The notes below the pieces were generated by a model, which saw nothing but the letters and a program-made list of their open reading frames with translations, was not told the DNA's origin and did no database searches. Positions 37,373 to 47,824 of a stretch of DNA of 64,000 bases are shown piece by piece. The stretch is from Bacteroidota bacterium. Lineage in GTDB: Bacteria; Bacteroidota; Bacteroidia; Bacteroidales; UBA12077. Both the position numbers and the translations under genes were made by a program. The stretch is from positions 404,266 to 468,265 of the forward strand of contig JAHLLG010000002.1 of the NCBI GenBank assembly GCA_020444275.1, read 5' to 3'. Position 1 is the stretch's first letter; each line of letters begins with the position of its first letter.

Positions 37373-38572
37373 CTAATATCTTGAGAAAATTAATGCTGAA
37401 TTATTACCACCAAATCCAAATGAGTTGGATAAAACATGATCGACCTTTACATTTTCTAATAATTCAGTAACCGGCTTGAATTTTAAATCTTTCATTTGAG
37501 TCTTAAAATTCAAATTTGGAAAAATCATATTGTGTTGAAGTGTAAGCACAGAAATAACTGCTTCTACACCACCTGCTGCACTAGTTGTATGACCGGTATA
37601 TGATTTTGTTGAACTTACTTTTGGTATGTTATCACCAAAAATGTTTTCAATTGCTCTGCCTTCTGAAAGGTCATTGTTCTCGGTTCCTGTACCATGTGCA
37701 TTTACATAATCAATATCCTCAGGTTTTAATCCGCTTCTGTCAATGGCTTCTTTCATGGCCGCATAAGCACCTTTACCTTCAGGTGTTGATGCTGTTTGGT
37801 GAAATGCTTCGCACGAATTTCCGTAACCTGTTAACTCAGCCAATACTTTTTTTCCTGATTTTTTAACCATCTCTTCTGATTCAAGTACCAGAAAAGCAGC
37901 ACCTTCACCAAGATTTAAGCCCTGACGGTTTTCGTCAAAGGGTTTACATTGTTCACGGTCAAGTATCATTAAGGTATTAAAACCATTCATATGATACTTG
38001 GTTAACGATTCAATACCACCGGCTATAACCCGATCCAGCATTCCGTTTTTTATCATTCGGGTACCTAATATCATTGAGTTTGCTGCCGAAGAACAAGCCG
38101 TACTTGTGGTTGAAACAAAATCTTTAACACCAATATAATCTGCTATTCGCTCTGTACTATCTCCACAATCATGCGTTTCGATATATTCTATGTGATTTGT
38201 AGTGGAAAGAAGATCTTTATAAAACATTTCGCTTTTATCCATTCCACCAACAGTGGTTCCGGATATCAATCCTGTTTTATATTCAGCCATATCGGTAATT
38301 TGAGCATTTTTAACCGCTTCATTAGCAGCAATGATACCAATTAGTGTTGCACGTGTATATGGCTCACCTTTTGGTAAATTCGCTCTTTCGATAAGCTCTT
38401 CTTCCGACAGCTTTACTTCAGAAACGGGAATCGTTCCCTTATGATTGGTTTCAAGATATTTAATGTCGGTTACACCAGACTTCTTCTCTTTTAAAGATTG
38501 CAGTGTTTCTTCAACATTATTTCCAATTCCGGAAATAATACCTATACCCGTTACAAAAACCCTTTGTGACAT
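37373..38572 (-). CDS. Beta-ketoacyl-ACP synthase (KS)
   Basis: 'TSTACSSAANSM', 'VNAHGTGTENND' and 'STKSYTGHTTSAAG'. Confidence 0.9.
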   Translation of the reverse strand: MSQRVFVTGIGIISGIGNNVEETLQSLKEKKSGVTDIKYLETNHKGTIPVSEVKLSEEELIERANLPKGEPYTRATLIGIIAANEAVKNAQITDMAEYKTGLISGTTVGGMDKSEMFYKDLLSTTNHIEYIETHDCGDSTERIADYIGVKDFVSTTSTACSSAANSMILGTRMIKNGMLDRVIAGGIESLTKYHMNGFNTLMILDREQCKPFDENRQGLNLGEGAAFLVLESEEMVKKSGKKVLAELTGYGNSCEAFHQTASTPEGKGAYAAMKEAIDRSGLKPEDIDYVNAHGTGTENNDLSEGRAIENIFGDNIPKVSSTKSYTGHTTSAAGGVEAVISVLTLQHNMIFPNLNFKTQMKDLKFKPVTELLENVKVDHVLSNSFGFGGNNSALIFSRY

Positions 38573-38598
38573 CTACAAATCCCCTTTTGAAATAGTAA

Positions 38599-38853
38599 TT
38601 ATTTCTTGTGTTCTTCAATATATTCTGCAATGGTTCTAATTGAATAGAAAATCTTTTTACCATCTTTTGGATCTTCTATTTTTAAACCATACTGTTTTTC
38701 CAATAAAACAATTAATTCCAGCGCGTCGATAGAATCAAGTCCTAAACCATCGCCAAATAATGGTGCATCAGTATCTATATCATCTGGTTCAATGTCTTCT
38801 AAGTTTAACACTTCTATAACTTGCTCTTTAATCTTTACTATTAAATCTTCCAT
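38599..38853 (-). CDS. Acyl carrier protein
   Basis: 84 aa, with 'GLGLDSIDALELIVLLE' as the phosphopantetheine Ser motif. Confidence 0.9.
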   Translation of the reverse strand: MEDLIVKIKEQVIEVLNLEDIEPDDIDTDAPLFGDGLGLDSIDALELIVLLEKQYGLKIEDPKDGKKIFYSIRTIAEYIEEHKK

Positions 38854-38859
38854 TTCTCT

Positions 38860-39495
38860 TTACTTAATTATTCTATTAATGATTTCGGGTTTAAAACTAA
38901 TATTATCTTTTTTATTTTCCTTATTTTTTTCAACTAAAAACAGCATTGCACAATAATCGCCATCAATATAATCTACCCAACCTGTTATGCATGCATCAAT
39001 TTTATTTTTATCCATCAACTCATTAACATATTCACATACAAACTCAGGATCGAATTGTTTGGCAATGAAACAGGTATTTTCACCCTGAAATTTATTGCGA
39101 ATACAGATTTCACCAATCATCACATTAGGTAGGGTATAAACAAATACCGCAGGACTGGGAAAGTAGTTTGATTTATCTTTTATGGTTTCGTAATACTTTT
39201 GATCAGTATCCAGTGAAGAGTGTGCATTTTGCAAAATAACGCCTACTTTGGTCGGATCCAGGTTTTTAAGGTGCTCATTACTCTGTAGAACAATTTCTGA
39301 AGCAACAAAAGCAAGCTTACAAAGATTATCCATTTTAAAATACTTTGGATATTTTATTTCGTAGTGCTTGTATACTGATTTCAGAAAAGCTCCAAATTCA
39401 TTTTTATCCGGATCAGTATATGCCGTTTCTCCATCAACAATTACTTGATGTGGCTTTATAATACAATATTTAGATATACTATTTTCCATAATCAT
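38860..39495 (-). CDS. Small KS-N-terminal-like protein typical of aryl-polyene loci
   Basis: 211 aa with no catalytic triad recognisable. Its position between an ACP and a KS is as in APE clusters. The call is mainly by context. Confidence 0.5.
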   Translation of the reverse strand: MIMENSISKYCIIKPHQVIVDGETAYTDPDKNEFGAFLKSVYKHYEIKYPKYFKMDNLCKLAFVASEIVLQSNEHLKNLDPTKVGVILQNAHSSLDTDQKYYETIKDKSNYFPSPAVFVYTLPNVMIGEICIRNKFQGENTCFIAKQFDPEFVCEYVNELMDKNKIDACITGWVDYIDGDYCAMLFLVEKNKENKKDNISFKPEIINRIIK

Positions 39496-39501
39496 TCTTA
39501 A

Positions 39502-40662
39502 TTAATCGGCATTTAATTCGGAAAAGTATAGCGCAGCATTACTTCCTCCAAAACCTGATGCTGTTTTTAAGAAATTATTTATTTTCGTTTCTTTAAACTC
39601 GGTGATAACATTTATCGACTCGGTTACGCCATGCTCATTATATCCTTGGGTTTTAATCAAGCAGTTTTCTTTAATAGAATGAATTCCTGCAATGCTTTCA
39701 ATAATTCCGGCTGCACCTAGTGTATGTCCCCAGTATCCTTTCAGACTATTAACTGGCACATGCTTAAGTTCAGCCCAGGCAATTGCTTTCGATTCCATTT
39801 CATCGTTGTACGGAGTAGCTGTTCCATGACCTGATATATAATCTATTTCTGTATCCTTTTTATTGGACTCCTTCAGTGCATTTCTGATTGCATAATACAA
39901 CCCGTCGCCAGTTCTGGAAGGTCCAGAAATATGATTTGCATCGTTTGTATTTGCTCCACCTCTGAATATTACCGGATTATCTTCCTTAACAAGCATTTTA
40001 TCGTTGGTTAAGATAATTGTTCCGGCTGCCTCGCCGAGTGTAATTCCAGTTCTGTTAGTATCAAAAGGTTTACAAGGTTCACTGCTAACTGCCTTGAAAG
40101 ATTGAAAACCAGAAGGTGTAAATTCAGAGATAATATCACCACCACAAACAACCGCATTGGTATATTTTTTCTGTTTTAAATATTGTGCAGCTGTTATCAG
40201 GGCAGTTGCACCCGATATGCATGCATTGGAAACAAAAATTGGATTGTTCTTTGCATTGAAAAAATTACATACTGTTTCCGATATTGCCCAAAGATTAATC
40301 CGATCTTTTTCAAAGGCATGATTTTCATTTTCAATTAAATCTATATTTCCTTTAACAGATGAAAACACAAATAATGTATCATTTTGCGACGGATCAATTC
40401 CCGATTGCTTTATACAGTCAGTTATGGATAATATCATTAATTTTTCTAAACGGGTAAACTGATCTGGATCACCAATTTTAGAAAACTCCGAATTTAATCT
40501 TTCAGAATCAATTTGAGAGCAGGGCATAGGTGTTTGTGTAATTTTTGGATCATTACTTATTTCTATACCCGATTCAGATTGTTTAAGTTTATGGAAGTTT
40601 TCATTACTTGTAAACCCAAGTGAAGATATTATATTATCAGCTATTGTGTAAATTGTTTCCAT
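39502..40662 (-). CDS. Beta-ketoacyl synthase (KS)
   Basis: 'VSNACISGATAL', 'ISGHGTATPYND' and 'LKGYWGHTLGAAG'. Confidence 0.85.
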   Translation of the reverse strand: METIYTIADNIISSLGFTSNENFHKLKQSESGIEISNDPKITQTPMPCSQIDSERLNSEFSKIGDPDQFTRLEKLMILSITDCIKQSGIDPSQNDTLFVFSSVKGNIDLIENENHAFEKDRINLWAISETVCNFFNAKNNPIFVSNACISGATALITAAQYLKQKKYTNAVVCGGDIISEFTPSGFQSFKAVSSEPCKPFDTNRTGITLGEAAGTIILTNDKMLVKEDNPVIFRGGANTNDANHISGPSRTGDGLYYAIRNALKESNKKDTEIDYISGHGTATPYNDEMESKAIAWAELKHVPVNSLKGYWGHTLGAAGIIESIAGIHSIKENCLIKTQGYNEHGVTESINVITEFKETKINNFLKTASGFGGSNAALYFSELNAD

Positions 40663-40673
40663 ACAAGCTTAAA

Positions 40674-41102
40674 TTATTCTATTAATCCCATTTTTCGTTT
40701 CCATTCAAGGAAAAAATCAGGAGCAATCAATACCAGTTCTCTGTCTAAATTTAAGAACACCTGAATGCTTGCTCCGGTTGCTGCTATTTTATTATTCTTT
40801 TTGTTATAAATGGTATATTCAAAATGAATTTTTGCAGCATCATGATCGATATATCTGGTTTCAATAATTGCTGTATCGCCATACTCGAGAGGAGTTTTAT
40901 ATTCGAAATCAAGCTTAACCAAAGGTGTTAAATGTTTGTTTGCATAAACATCCAAATAACTTAATCCTAAAGCTTTACCAAATGCTTCTCGTCCGTCTTC
41001 AAAGTACTTGGCATAATTTCCATGCCATACAATTCCCATGGAATCTACTTCACTAAATCTTATGATTATCTCGGTTCTGTGTATAAGGGGTTTTTTCTCC
41101 AA
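40674..41102 (-). CDS. Hotdog-fold thioesterase (4HBT/YbgC type)
   Basis: 'IRFSEVDSMGIVWHGNYAKYFEDGREAF'. The only in-frame start upstream of this motif is TTG at 41102, with a stop 3 codons further up. Confidence 0.75.
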   Translation of the reverse strand: MEKKPLIHRTEIIIRFSEVDSMGIVWHGNYAKYFEDGREAFGKALGLSYLDVYANKHLTPLVKLDFEYKTPLEYGDTAIIETRYIDHDAAKIHFEYTIYNKKNNKIAATGASIQVFLNLDRELVLIAPDFFLEWKRKMGLIE

Positions 41103-41342
41103 TTCTTTTCAAATTTTAACAAATCGCTAATTTAAACTGTATGATTTAAAAATTAGCATATTATGATTCTATTTATTAACAAAATTTCAAATATTAATTT
41201 CAAATTCCAGATTTAACTCCTTTTGATACTCACTGCGTTCGTGAGAACGCTTCGCTTAGTTCGTTGAGCTTGCTTTGCTTGGTTCAGAGTCCTTATTTGT
41301 TAATGGTTATTTGAAGAATTAAATCTGAAACCTGAGATCGCG

Positions 41343-42626
41343 TTATTTTGTTTTTGTGTAATTATTATAAACAACTGCTATGATGAGCATAATAACAAAA
41401 AACAGCAAAAGCTTTGCACTTTCGGCAAGTATTACCGAAATATCGCCACCACGAAGAAATATATCGTAAAAGCCATTTAATCCCCAATGCAGAGGCGAAA
41501 ACTGGCTAATAATTCTAATGTTAGCTGGCATTACATAGGTTGGAACCCAAATTCCTCCCAAGGCAGCAAAAATAATGATAGAAACTGATCCAAATGTTGC
41601 GGCTTGCTCGTGACTGGTTGCAATGGTTCCTAAAGTAACACCATATCCAGTTGCTGCTAATCCGGAAGATAATGCCATAATACCAAGTGCAATTTTATGC
41701 GGACCAATTTCTAACTGAGGCAGGCCTAATAACGGCATTATATAAACTCCTACTGCAAGCATTAAAATAAGCTGAATAAAGGCAACACCAAGAAATATAA
41801 ATATTTTACTGAACATTACGGTAATAAATGATCCCGGCATGGTCTTTAGTCTGAATGCACTTCCATCTTCGCGTTCTTTAATGATATTTCCTGCCAGTGG
41901 AAGAACTATAAAAAACATGGCAAACATGGTCCAGGCGGGAACATTATGCTGAACTGAATTGGGAACGATATTATCTTCCTTTGTTGATGCATATACCTGT
42001 TCATACTTTATGGTTTCAAAGCTTTCAAATTCAATAGGATTTTGGCCGGGCATTAACTGGGCCATGGCTTCCGAGAAATTCTTAAAAAACATCTCAATTT
42101 CCAGTTGTGATGTGAATTCTTTAAGTGAGCTCATCACCATATTCTTGAATGAAACACTTGTTGCCGGATCGATATAAATAGTTACATTAATTGTGCTCTT
42201 TTTTGTTCTTTTTTTAAGTCCGGGAACATTGAATGATTTGAACGATTTATTGATAAGTGCATCAACGTTTCCACGAATAGCGTCCGTAGCTCTTTCCGGT
42301 ATAATTACACCGATTTTGTATTTTCCCCGGGCAACTAATTCTCTAGCTTTTTCTTCGGTAATTTTTTCACCATCAATTTCTTCAACAATATCGAAGTAAT
42401 CTGATGCATATAAGCCTTCGCTAATGGCTTCCCCTAAGCTATCTTTATCATTATTTACCAGGACCATCGAAATATCAACTTCATTTACTGTCCTGAACGT
42501 TGCATCCTGAATCAAGGTCATGATAATAATGAGCACCAAAGGCATTAAAAATAAGATAATTAAACCTGCACGGTCTCTTATTAAAACTAAAAACTCTTTA
42601 TATATTGATGATAATAATCGTATCAT
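41343..42626 (-). CDS. ABC-2 type transporter permease
   Basis: 427 aa. N-terminal TM, large extracytoplasmic loop, then 5 C-terminal TM helices. It is adjacent to the ABC ATPase. Confidence 0.8.
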   Translation of the reverse strand: MIRLLSSIYKEFLVLIRDRAGLIILFLMPLVLIIIMTLIQDATFRTVNEVDISMVLVNNDKDSLGEAISEGLYASDYFDIVEEIDGEKITEEKARELVARGKYKIGVIIPERATDAIRGNVDALINKSFKSFNVPGLKKRTKKSTINVTIYIDPATSVSFKNMVMSSLKEFTSQLEIEMFFKNFSEAMAQLMPGQNPIEFESFETIKYEQVYASTKEDNIVPNSVQHNVPAWTMFAMFFIVLPLAGNIIKEREDGSAFRLKTMPGSFITVMFSKIFIFLGVAFIQLILMLAVGVYIMPLLGLPQLEIGPHKIALGIMALSSGLAATGYGVTLGTIATSHEQAATFGSVSIIIFAALGGIWVPTYVMPANIRIISQFSPLHWGLNGFYDIFLRGGDISVILAESAKLLLFFVIMLIIAVVYNNYTKTK

Positions 42627-42637
42627 ATTTTTAAAAT

Positions 42638-43399
42638 TTATTCGTCGCGTAATGCTCTTCCTGTTATATGTAAGAAAATACTTTCCAAATCGGTGTATTC
42701 CGGTTTGCTATTGACCAACTCTTTTGGTCTGCCAACTGTAAGAATTTCTCCTTTATCAATAATGGCTACTTTGGAACAAAAGTTTTCAGCCTCTTCCATG
42801 TAATGCGAAGTGTAAATAATTGTTGTTCCTTCTTTATTGATTGTTCTGAGATGATCTAATATGACCGTTCTGGATTGTACATCAACACCAACAGTTGGTT
42901 CATCTAAATAGATAATTTTTGGTTTATGAAGAATACCTGCTATCAGGTTGATTCTTCTTTTCATTCCTCCGGAAAAAGTTTTAATCCGACGATTGGCATT
43001 TTTTTCCAAACCAAACAGTTCAAGGCATTCGTTTATTCGACTCTTAAGTTCCTTACCTTTTAATCCGTACATGTGTCCAAAGAACGTAAGATTTTCTCTG
43101 GCGGTTAATAAAGGGTACAAGGCTATTTCCTGCGGAACTACACCAATTATATTTTTTATTTTTTCTCTTGAATGCTGGTATTCCATTCCATCAATAAAAA
43201 CATTGCCTGATGTTGGCCCAAATAGCCCGCATAAGATGGAAATTGTGGTTGTCTTACCAGCACCATTGGGGCCAAGTAAACCATATATTTCGCCTTTGTC
43301 AATATTCAAACTGATATTATCAATGGCAGGAACATTTGAGCCTTTATAGTACTTGGTAAGATATTTTAATTCAATAATATGATTATTTTCCTGCATCAC
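42638..43399 (-). CDS. ABC transporter ATP-binding protein
   Basis: 'GLLGPNGAGKTT', 'FSGGMKRRINL' and 'IIYLDEPTVGVD'. Confidence 0.9.
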   Translation of the reverse strand: MMQENNHIIELKYLTKYYKGSNVPAIDNISLNIDKGEIYGLLGPNGAGKTTTISILCGLFGPTSGNVFIDGMEYQHSREKIKNIIGVVPQEIALYPLLTARENLTFFGHMYGLKGKELKSRINECLELFGLEKNANRRIKTFSGGMKRRINLIAGILHKPKIIYLDEPTVGVDVQSRTVILDHLRTINKEGTTIIYTSHYMEEAENFCSKVAIIDKGEILTVGRPKELVNSKPEYTDLESIFLHITGRALRDE

Positions 43400-44399
43400 T
43401 TATTAATTTCTTTAGTTCAGTAAAAAATCTTTCTTCATCGTCGGCTATTTCCAGCATTAAATTAGCCACTGTATTGTAACCATCCGGGTCGGATGATCGG
43501 CCTTTGCATGTTTGTGCTGCCAATGAAGAAAATTTTCTCCATTTATCACCAATATTAGTCATCTCTTTTGAGATTTCGAAATATCTAGGATCATCAAATA
43601 CTTCAGAAACCTCCTGAAGGAATGCTGCATAAATAAAGCGAAATCCGGCTCCTCCTGTTCCAATTTCTTCGAGCATTCTTACCAACTGAGCCAGGTAGGA
43701 AGCAGCCTTACGAGCACCTAATTTATCGGGCCATTTGCGAACTCTTTTTGAGAGATACCGGATACCTTTAACTCCAAACAACGGAACAGGAATGGTTAAC
43801 ATCCAGTCGCATGTTTGTTTAATTCCTTTTAAAATGGCTGGCTTTAATTCAATATCTTCAGGGATATCGATTGGGTAATACATCTTACCATTCGGACTTA
43901 GCGGTCCTTTTGCAAATCGCGCCTTTTTAAGTTCTTGGTGAGTTAGGGTAGTTGGATATTCCATAACCGGATCACTAATATGATACGTTCCGTTTTCTTT
44001 TCCAAAAACTGTTAAGTTATGTGCATTAAAGTGAAAACGATAAGCAGGAGGAAAGTAGGATAAATGATAAACTCCGGTTTGAACACCAACAGGTAGTTTC
44101 TTTTCAAGAACCTTATCGAGCTCGTCCATTGCCCTCTTGGGTTGTTTCCGAAAGGTTTGCTTTTTCATTTTAATTCCCAGGCGTTTTGCTGCCCGGGCAA
44201 AAATCATTCCCGGAACAGGACGGAACGAGGCTAAAGGAATGCCATTTACTTTTACAAAAGGCATATAAGCAAAAAAGTAGCCACTGCCAATTCCGAAAAT
44301 CATCGCTTCGCTTAAGTTTAAACCGTGATACCGTAATAAGCTGGAGATTACTCCATTTTCACAGTGTCCGGCTGGTATATGTTCGAAATCAAGTTTCAT
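43383..44399 (-). CDS. BtrH N-terminal-domain (papain-like fold) protein, DUF4872-type C-terminus
   Basis: 338 aa. N-terminal 'AGHCENGVISSLL' (candidate nucleophile Cys) and 'FNAHNLTVFG' (candidate His). It is a paralog of 52205..53218. Confidence 0.65.
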   Translation of the reverse strand: MKLDFEHIPAGHCENGVISSLLRYHGLNLSEAMIFGIGSGYFFAYMPFVKVNGIPLASFRPVPGMIFARAAKRLGIKMKKQTFRKQPKRAMDELDKVLEKKLPVGVQTGVYHLSYFPPAYRFHFNAHNLTVFGKENGTYHISDPVMEYPTTLTHQELKKARFAKGPLSPNGKMYYPIDIPEDIELKPAILKGIKQTCDWMLTIPVPLFGVKGIRYLSKRVRKWPDKLGARKAASYLAQLVRMLEEIGTGGAGFRFIYAAFLQEVSEVFDDPRYFEISKEMTNIGDKWRKFSSLAAQTCKGRSSDPDGYNTVANLMLEIADDEERFFTELKKLISDAGK

Positions 44400-44403
44400 T
44401 TAT

Positions 44404-44805
44404 CTATTCTGGTTTAAAATTTACTAATTCGTTTACACTAATATTGAATACTTTTGCGTACTTATCTAGTTGTTCTGATTTTAATTTCTTGAATGCTTTG
44501 GGTTTTAAATGTCTTTTAACTTTCCATTTGGAAAGCTCAACATAATCGGCTAATAAAGTGACATTCATCTGGTTTTTAGCCATAAAGTGCATAATAGGGC
44601 TGGCTTTTCCCGCTTTTATTTTTTCATCAGCCTCATCAACTTGCTCCTGGATATCTTCCCAGGCTAATTCATTTACAATATTTTTTGGTTCCCAACCTTT
44701 GCTGAACGTTTTTACATATTTACCATCTTTATCAACAGCATATTGCACTTCGCGGGTAACACCTCCGGTTATTCCCTCATCTTGTGGTACTTTATCTTTT
44801 TCCAT
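44404..44805 (-). CDS. Small HTH-containing protein (XRE-like), cluster regulator candidate
   Basis: 133 aa. The C-terminal 'MNVTLLADYVELSKWKVKRHLK...LDKYAKVFNISVNELVNF' resembles an XRE HTH. It is a paralog of 51708..52205. Confidence 0.5.
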   Translation of the reverse strand: MEKDKVPQDEGITGGVTREVQYAVDKDGKYVKTFSKGWEPKNIVNELAWEDIQEQVDEADEKIKAGKASPIMHFMAKNQMNVTLLADYVELSKWKVKRHLKPKAFKKLKSEQLDKYAKVFNISVNELVNFKPE

Positions 44806-44831
44806 AGCAATGTGATTAAGTTAGGTTGGAG

Positions 44832-45278
44832 CTAATTTTCTTTTTCATCCAGAAAGATTTTCATCGTACAATCAGCAATTAATTCATTATCGCATGTAAT
44901 CTTTCCATTAATGAGTGTTGTGTTAAAAACTTTGTGTTCAACATTTATTTCTGTGATAATACTTTTACCAATTTCCGGTAGTTTATGAATCGTTAGTTTC
45001 TGAACTGCACCAATGTATCCTGTTGGCACTTCTTTGTCGGCATTTCTATATTCAAATCCAACACCTACAGCAGCTGTTTGAGCTATATTTTCAATTAATC
45101 CGGGTTCTTGTAAAACTCCGTCGCTGCAAAAAATATTTTCTTTTTTTATCTCAAAACTGCCAATGGTCTGACCACCTTCTGCTTTATGCAATTTCTCTAC
45201 CATAACCATTGGTGCTCTTTGAGGGATAAATTTTAAAATATCTTCTCCCGTAGCAATTACATTGTCATATATTCCCAT
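44832..45278 (-). CDS. Hotdog-fold dehydratase (FabZ-like, APE type)
   Basis: 'ILKFIPQRAPMVMVEKL' corresponds to the FabZ 'LPHRYPFLLVD' N-terminal motif with His replaced by Gln. 148 aa. Confidence 0.6.
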   Translation of the reverse strand: MGIYDNVIATGEDILKFIPQRAPMVMVEKLHKAEGGQTIGSFEIKKENIFCSDGVLQEPGLIENIAQTAAVGVGFEYRNADKEVPTGYIGAVQKLTIHKLPEIGKSIITEINVEHKVFNTTLINGKITCDNELIADCTMKIFLDEKEN

Positions 45279-46615
45279 AATGGTCCTTTTTTTCCTCGCT
45301 GTCTAAGCTTGTTGGTAATTATTGTGGTATCTTCATCAGGAAATACCCAACGTTTTCTTGTTTTATATGCCCTTTCTTTTAGTGTGTCGTAATTTACATC
45401 TTTGGAAAGGTAATATTTTGGTTCTAATAAGTTATCATTTGCATCTATAAAACCTTCCTGTATAGCATATTCCTGAAGTTTAGTTCCGGGATATATTCGC
45501 ATTCCCACAAAGGTAAAGAATACCGAATTATCAATATGTTTCGAATTTTCAAAGGTTTCATCTACAGTTTCATCAGTTTCTCCGTAACCTCCTGTAATTA
45601 AAAAGTGAGCAAAATCGATATCCAATTTATTACACAATGCAGATTTTTCAATAACATCCTGAACTGTAAAATTCTTTCCGTAGGTTTTAAGGCACTTCTC
45701 AGAAATTGCCTCTGTTCCAAATTCGACATGCTGTAAACCCGATTTCTTTAATATCTTAAGTAAGTTTTCATCCAGATTTTTAAAGGTGAAATAGCCTCCC
45801 CAATGAATTTTAATTCCACTGGCAATTATTTTTTCTGCAAGCTCGTAGTTGTAGTCATTCTTAATATTAAAAACCGAATCGGTAAAGAAAACATAATCGA
45901 TACCCTTTTGGTAGTACAGTTTTTTTAATGTTTCAACAATTTTATCCGTATTTAAGGTACGCACCTTTTTACCTTCAATTAAAGGGTAGGTGCAATAAAT
46001 GCAGCTATATGGACAACCACGCTTTGTTTGAACATTTAGCATCCCGCTTTTCTGCCAGTAAAAATCAATCAAATCTTTATCAAAATCTAAATCCAGATCA
46101 CTGAAATAACTTTCGTTTTTATTGAAAACACATTGACCGTTTTTTTTGTAAACTAGTCTGCTTATTCCTGTAAAATCCTCGTTGTTATCCAGTGTATTAA
46201 TTAAGTTCAGGATAGTTTGTTCTCCTTCTCCGTATACCCCGAAATCAGGATTTAATCTGTCAAACATCAGTTCCGGAAAAATTGAAAAACCTGAACCACC
46301 AACAATAATTTTAGCATCTGATACTATACGCAGATGATCAATTACATTTTTGTAATGCGTAACAAATTCTTCGCGGTTATATGAGTTAACATCATCAATG
46401 TTTCTGAACGAAACACCAATATATTTAGGGCTATACTCTTTAGTAAGTGATTGCAATTCTTCAACGTTGGTAAAGTTGAGATCAACAACCTTTATTTCGT
46501 AGTTGGGTAATCGGTCTTGTAAATATGTTGTAATATAAGATAATCCAATAGGATAAACCGGATAAGGATTTACATGTTGATTTGCCGAAATAAATAGTAT
46601 CTTGTTTTCTTTCAT
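45257..46615 (-). CDS. B12-binding-domain radical SAM protein
   Basis: N-terminal flavodoxin-like B12-binding region. The CX3CX2C motif is 'GCPYSCIYCTYP'. 452 aa. Confidence 0.85.
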   Translation of the reverse strand: MKENKILFISANQHVNPYPVYPIGLSYITTYLQDRLPNYEIKVVDLNFTNVEELQSLTKEYSPKYIGVSFRNIDDVNSYNREEFVTHYKNVIDHLRIVSDAKIIVGGSGFSIFPELMFDRLNPDFGVYGEGEQTILNLINTLDNNEDFTGISRLVYKKNGQCVFNKNESYFSDLDLDFDKDLIDFYWQKSGMLNVQTKRGCPYSCIYCTYPLIEGKKVRTLNTDKIVETLKKLYYQKGIDYVFFTDSVFNIKNDYNYELAEKIIASGIKIHWGGYFTFKNLDENLLKILKKSGLQHVEFGTEAISEKCLKTYGKNFTVQDVIEKSALCNKLDIDFAHFLITGGYGETDETVDETFENSKHIDNSVFFTFVGMRIYPGTKLQEYAIQEGFIDANDNLLEPKYYLSKDVNYDTLKERAYKTRKRWVFPDEDTTIITNKLRQRGKKGPLWEYMTM

Positions 46616-46618
46616 AAC

Positions 46619-47515
46619 TTACTCTTCTTTCCAAAACTGATAGTAGTTGAACCACTGGTTTGGATACATTCTTAAAATTCGTTCGAACTCTTTTGCATAT
46701 TTCTTAGCAAAATGCTCCAATTCCTGTTCTTGTTTTTCAGGATCTCTATAACGCTTTACAGTTTCTGGCGCTGAAGCATAAAAATGATAGTGTGTTTTTG
46801 TTTCTTTCATGGCAAATGCAAATGTAACCGGAACGCCAAACCGGGCTGCCAAATAAAACGGACCTGTAGGAAACATTGCCTTTTTACCCATGAAATCAAC
46901 TTCAACAACTTTACTTTCTTCAATAAACCGATCACCAGCCATGGCTATAAGTTCTTTATTTATTAGAGCTTCGCTTATAGGTATAATGTGCGAAAAATCA
47001 TTCTGAATTGCAATTATGTTTACATCACGATTAACCATTACATCGGAGAGATATTTTTTTATATTTTGATGCTCTGCATCGAGCATTAATACGTTAATTT
47101 TTGTATTTAACCTTTCCAGTAACTGTCCTGCAATTTCAAAATTCCCGATATGCGCGTTTACAATAATTCCGCCTGTTTTTCCCTGAGCCATTTCACGTAA
47201 ATAGTTTTCTCCATCGAAATTGTAGGAGAATTTTCCTTTTAATCCTCCCAGAATTGCAATTTTATCGAGTAGTATTTGTCCAAAAACAAAATAGTTTTTA
47301 TAAACACTCCACTTAGCTTTAAGAGGGGAGTATTTTAAAATCTTATGAAAGTAATAATATGTTGATTCTGAACTTTTTTTAGAAAACAGGAAATAATAGA
47401 AAGCTACAAAAATGAGAATAAAATAGGCAAAAGATAATCCCAGATGTTTTAATGTAAAAACAAATATTTTATATCCTAATACGTTTCCGCGGGACTTTCC
47501 TTTCCATGATGGCAT
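46619..47515 (-). CDS. LpxL/HtrB-like (lysophospholipid/lipid A) acyltransferase
   Basis: N-terminal TM helix and the 'NAHIGNFE' HX4(D/E) motif. 298 aa. Confidence 0.75.
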   Translation of the reverse strand: MPSWKGKSRGNVLGYKIFVFTLKHLGLSFAYFILIFVAFYYFLFSKKSSESTYYYFHKILKYSPLKAKWSVYKNYFVFGQILLDKIAILGGLKGKFSYNFDGENYLREMAQGKTGGIIVNAHIGNFEIAGQLLERLNTKINVLMLDAEHQNIKKYLSDVMVNRDVNIIAIQNDFSHIIPISEALINKELIAMAGDRFIEESKVVEVDFMGKKAMFPTGPFYLAARFGVPVTFAFAMKETKTHYHFYASAPETVKRYRDPEKQEQELEHFAKKYAKEFERILRMYPNQWFNYYQFWKEE

Positions 47516-47548
47516 GTAAAACCCTCCAATTTGGTTTTAACAGGGGAT

Positions 47549-47797
47549 TTAATTCTCTTGTGCTCGTTTTATAATATAGTCATAAAAATCTTGAAGTGAT
47601 TTTATATTTGCAAAATCTTCGCCTTTTACTTTAAAACCAAAATTCTTTTCGATAATCACAACAAGGTCAACATAATCGAGGCTGTCAATTTCCAAGGTTT
47701 CTTTTAAACTAGCTGAGGGAATAAGTTGATCTTCTTCCAGTTCGAATTCATCAATTAAGAAGTCATTCACTTTATTAATTATCTCCTGATTCTCCAT
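47549..47797 (-). CDS. Acyl carrier protein
   Basis: 82 aa, with 'LEIDSLDYVDLVVIIE'. Confidence 0.85.
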   Translation of the reverse strand: MENQEIINKVNDFLIDEFELEEDQLIPSASLKETLEIDSLDYVDLVVIIEKNFGFKVKGEDFANIKSLQDFYDYIIKRAQEN

Positions 47798-47824
47798 ATT
47801 TCCAATAATCTCCCAGTTAAATAC

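Noticed and set aside
42948-44815. + strand ORFs 42948..43349, 44186..44545 and 44558..44815
   Set aside because: All are antisense shadows of well-supported minus-strand genes (the ABC ATPase, the BtrH-like protein and the HTH protein). No motifs were recognised.
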